Assembly (NCBI GenBank): GCA_910584635.1
Contig: CAJUBA010000003.1
Span: 10,855-74,854 of the forward strand
DNA from: an uncultured Christensenella sp.
GTDB taxonomy: Bacteria; Bacillota; Clostridia; Christensenellales; UBA3700
Reading direction: 5' to 3'
Length of the DNA stretch: 64,000 nt
Every line of letters starts with the position of its first letter. The first letter of the stretch is position 1. A program made the translations under genes and the position numbers. Positions 63,971 to 64,000 of this stretch are shown piece by piece. The notes below the pieces were generated by a model that worked only from the letters and a program-made list of their open reading frames with translations, searched no databases and had not been told where the DNA came from.

Positions 63971-64000
63971 TATCCCGCCTCCGCTTCACTTTCTTCCAAA
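63970..64000 (-). CDS. 3' end of a further co-oriented gene (only the last ~10 codons are in the window)
   Basis: Reads ..LEESEAEAG then TAG, which overlaps the GTG of the methylase gene. It has the same acidic SEAE-type tail as downstream genes. Confidence 0.4.
   Translation of the reverse strand, partial: LEESEAEAG

Larger units (their letters stand above)
48012..64000. mobile_element. End of an integrated mobile element (ICE/IME or prophage-like), continuing beyond the right edge; the left boundary is somewhere in 47.7-48.1 kb
   Basis: A terminal large serine recombinase, Fic, methylase/helicase giant, orphan C5 methylase and a block of small acidic unknowns, all co-oriented and tightly coupled. 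Flanking chromosomal genes (dinB, lipoprotein) end at 47.7 kb. Confidence 0.7.

Overview
The window looks like chromosomal DNA from a low-GC, anaerobic Firmicute (Clostridia-like). The cues are a pyruvate:ferredoxin oxidoreductase, the ecfA1-ecfA2-ecfT-truA module, tRNAs with encoded CCA, strong AGGAGG-type ribosome binding sites and near-consensus sigma-A promoters. This taxonomic placement is an inference. Left to right: a partial DEAD-box helicase; an SDR; an MFS transporter; a 731-aa lipoprotein; two Met-type tRNAs; a Ppx/GppA phosphatase; tRNA-Glu followed by a decayed island (truncated, frameshifted serine integrase, AraC regulator, DUF1349 protein, Maa acetyltransferase, GH16 pseudogene); LMW-PTP; truA and the ECF module; PFOR; a divergent XRE pair; a base-excision glycosylase; an amino-acid kinase; a ComEC-like MBL protein; an MFS transporter. 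Next comes a cell-surface block: two giant paralogous lipoproteins (1269 and 1015 aa) co-oriented behind an OmpR/histidine-kinase pair, a GH36 plus DUF4091 pair, a 41-aa Cys-rich peptide and a 1632-aa membrane-spanning surface protein. After that are YbaK, SOS-boxed dinB and a lipoprotein. From about 48.0 kb to the right edge lies the end of an integrated mobile element. It carries a large serine recombinase, a Fic protein, a degenerate resolvase-domain protein, a 1937-aa ArdC-like/N6-methylase/SNF2-helicase fusion, about ten tightly coupled unknown genes and an orphan C5-methyltransferase. The most notable observation is a pair of homologous 87-bp promoter cassettes. Each is flanked by inverted, loxP-like (arm / 8-bp spacer / arm) sites. 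The one upstream of the two-component/lipoprotein operon faces the operon, and the one upstream of the 1632-aa gene faces away from it. This is the signature of site-specific invertible (phase-variable) promoters sharing one recombinase. Other observations: three copies of a ~75-nt leader/terminator module in the mobile element; a recurrent ...S-E-A-E-M C-terminal tail and junction motif; a 166-bp MITE-like palindrome; and several pseudogenes. Everything was done by eye, with no homology search or folding program, so family names are recognition-based and promoter/terminator coordinates are approximate.
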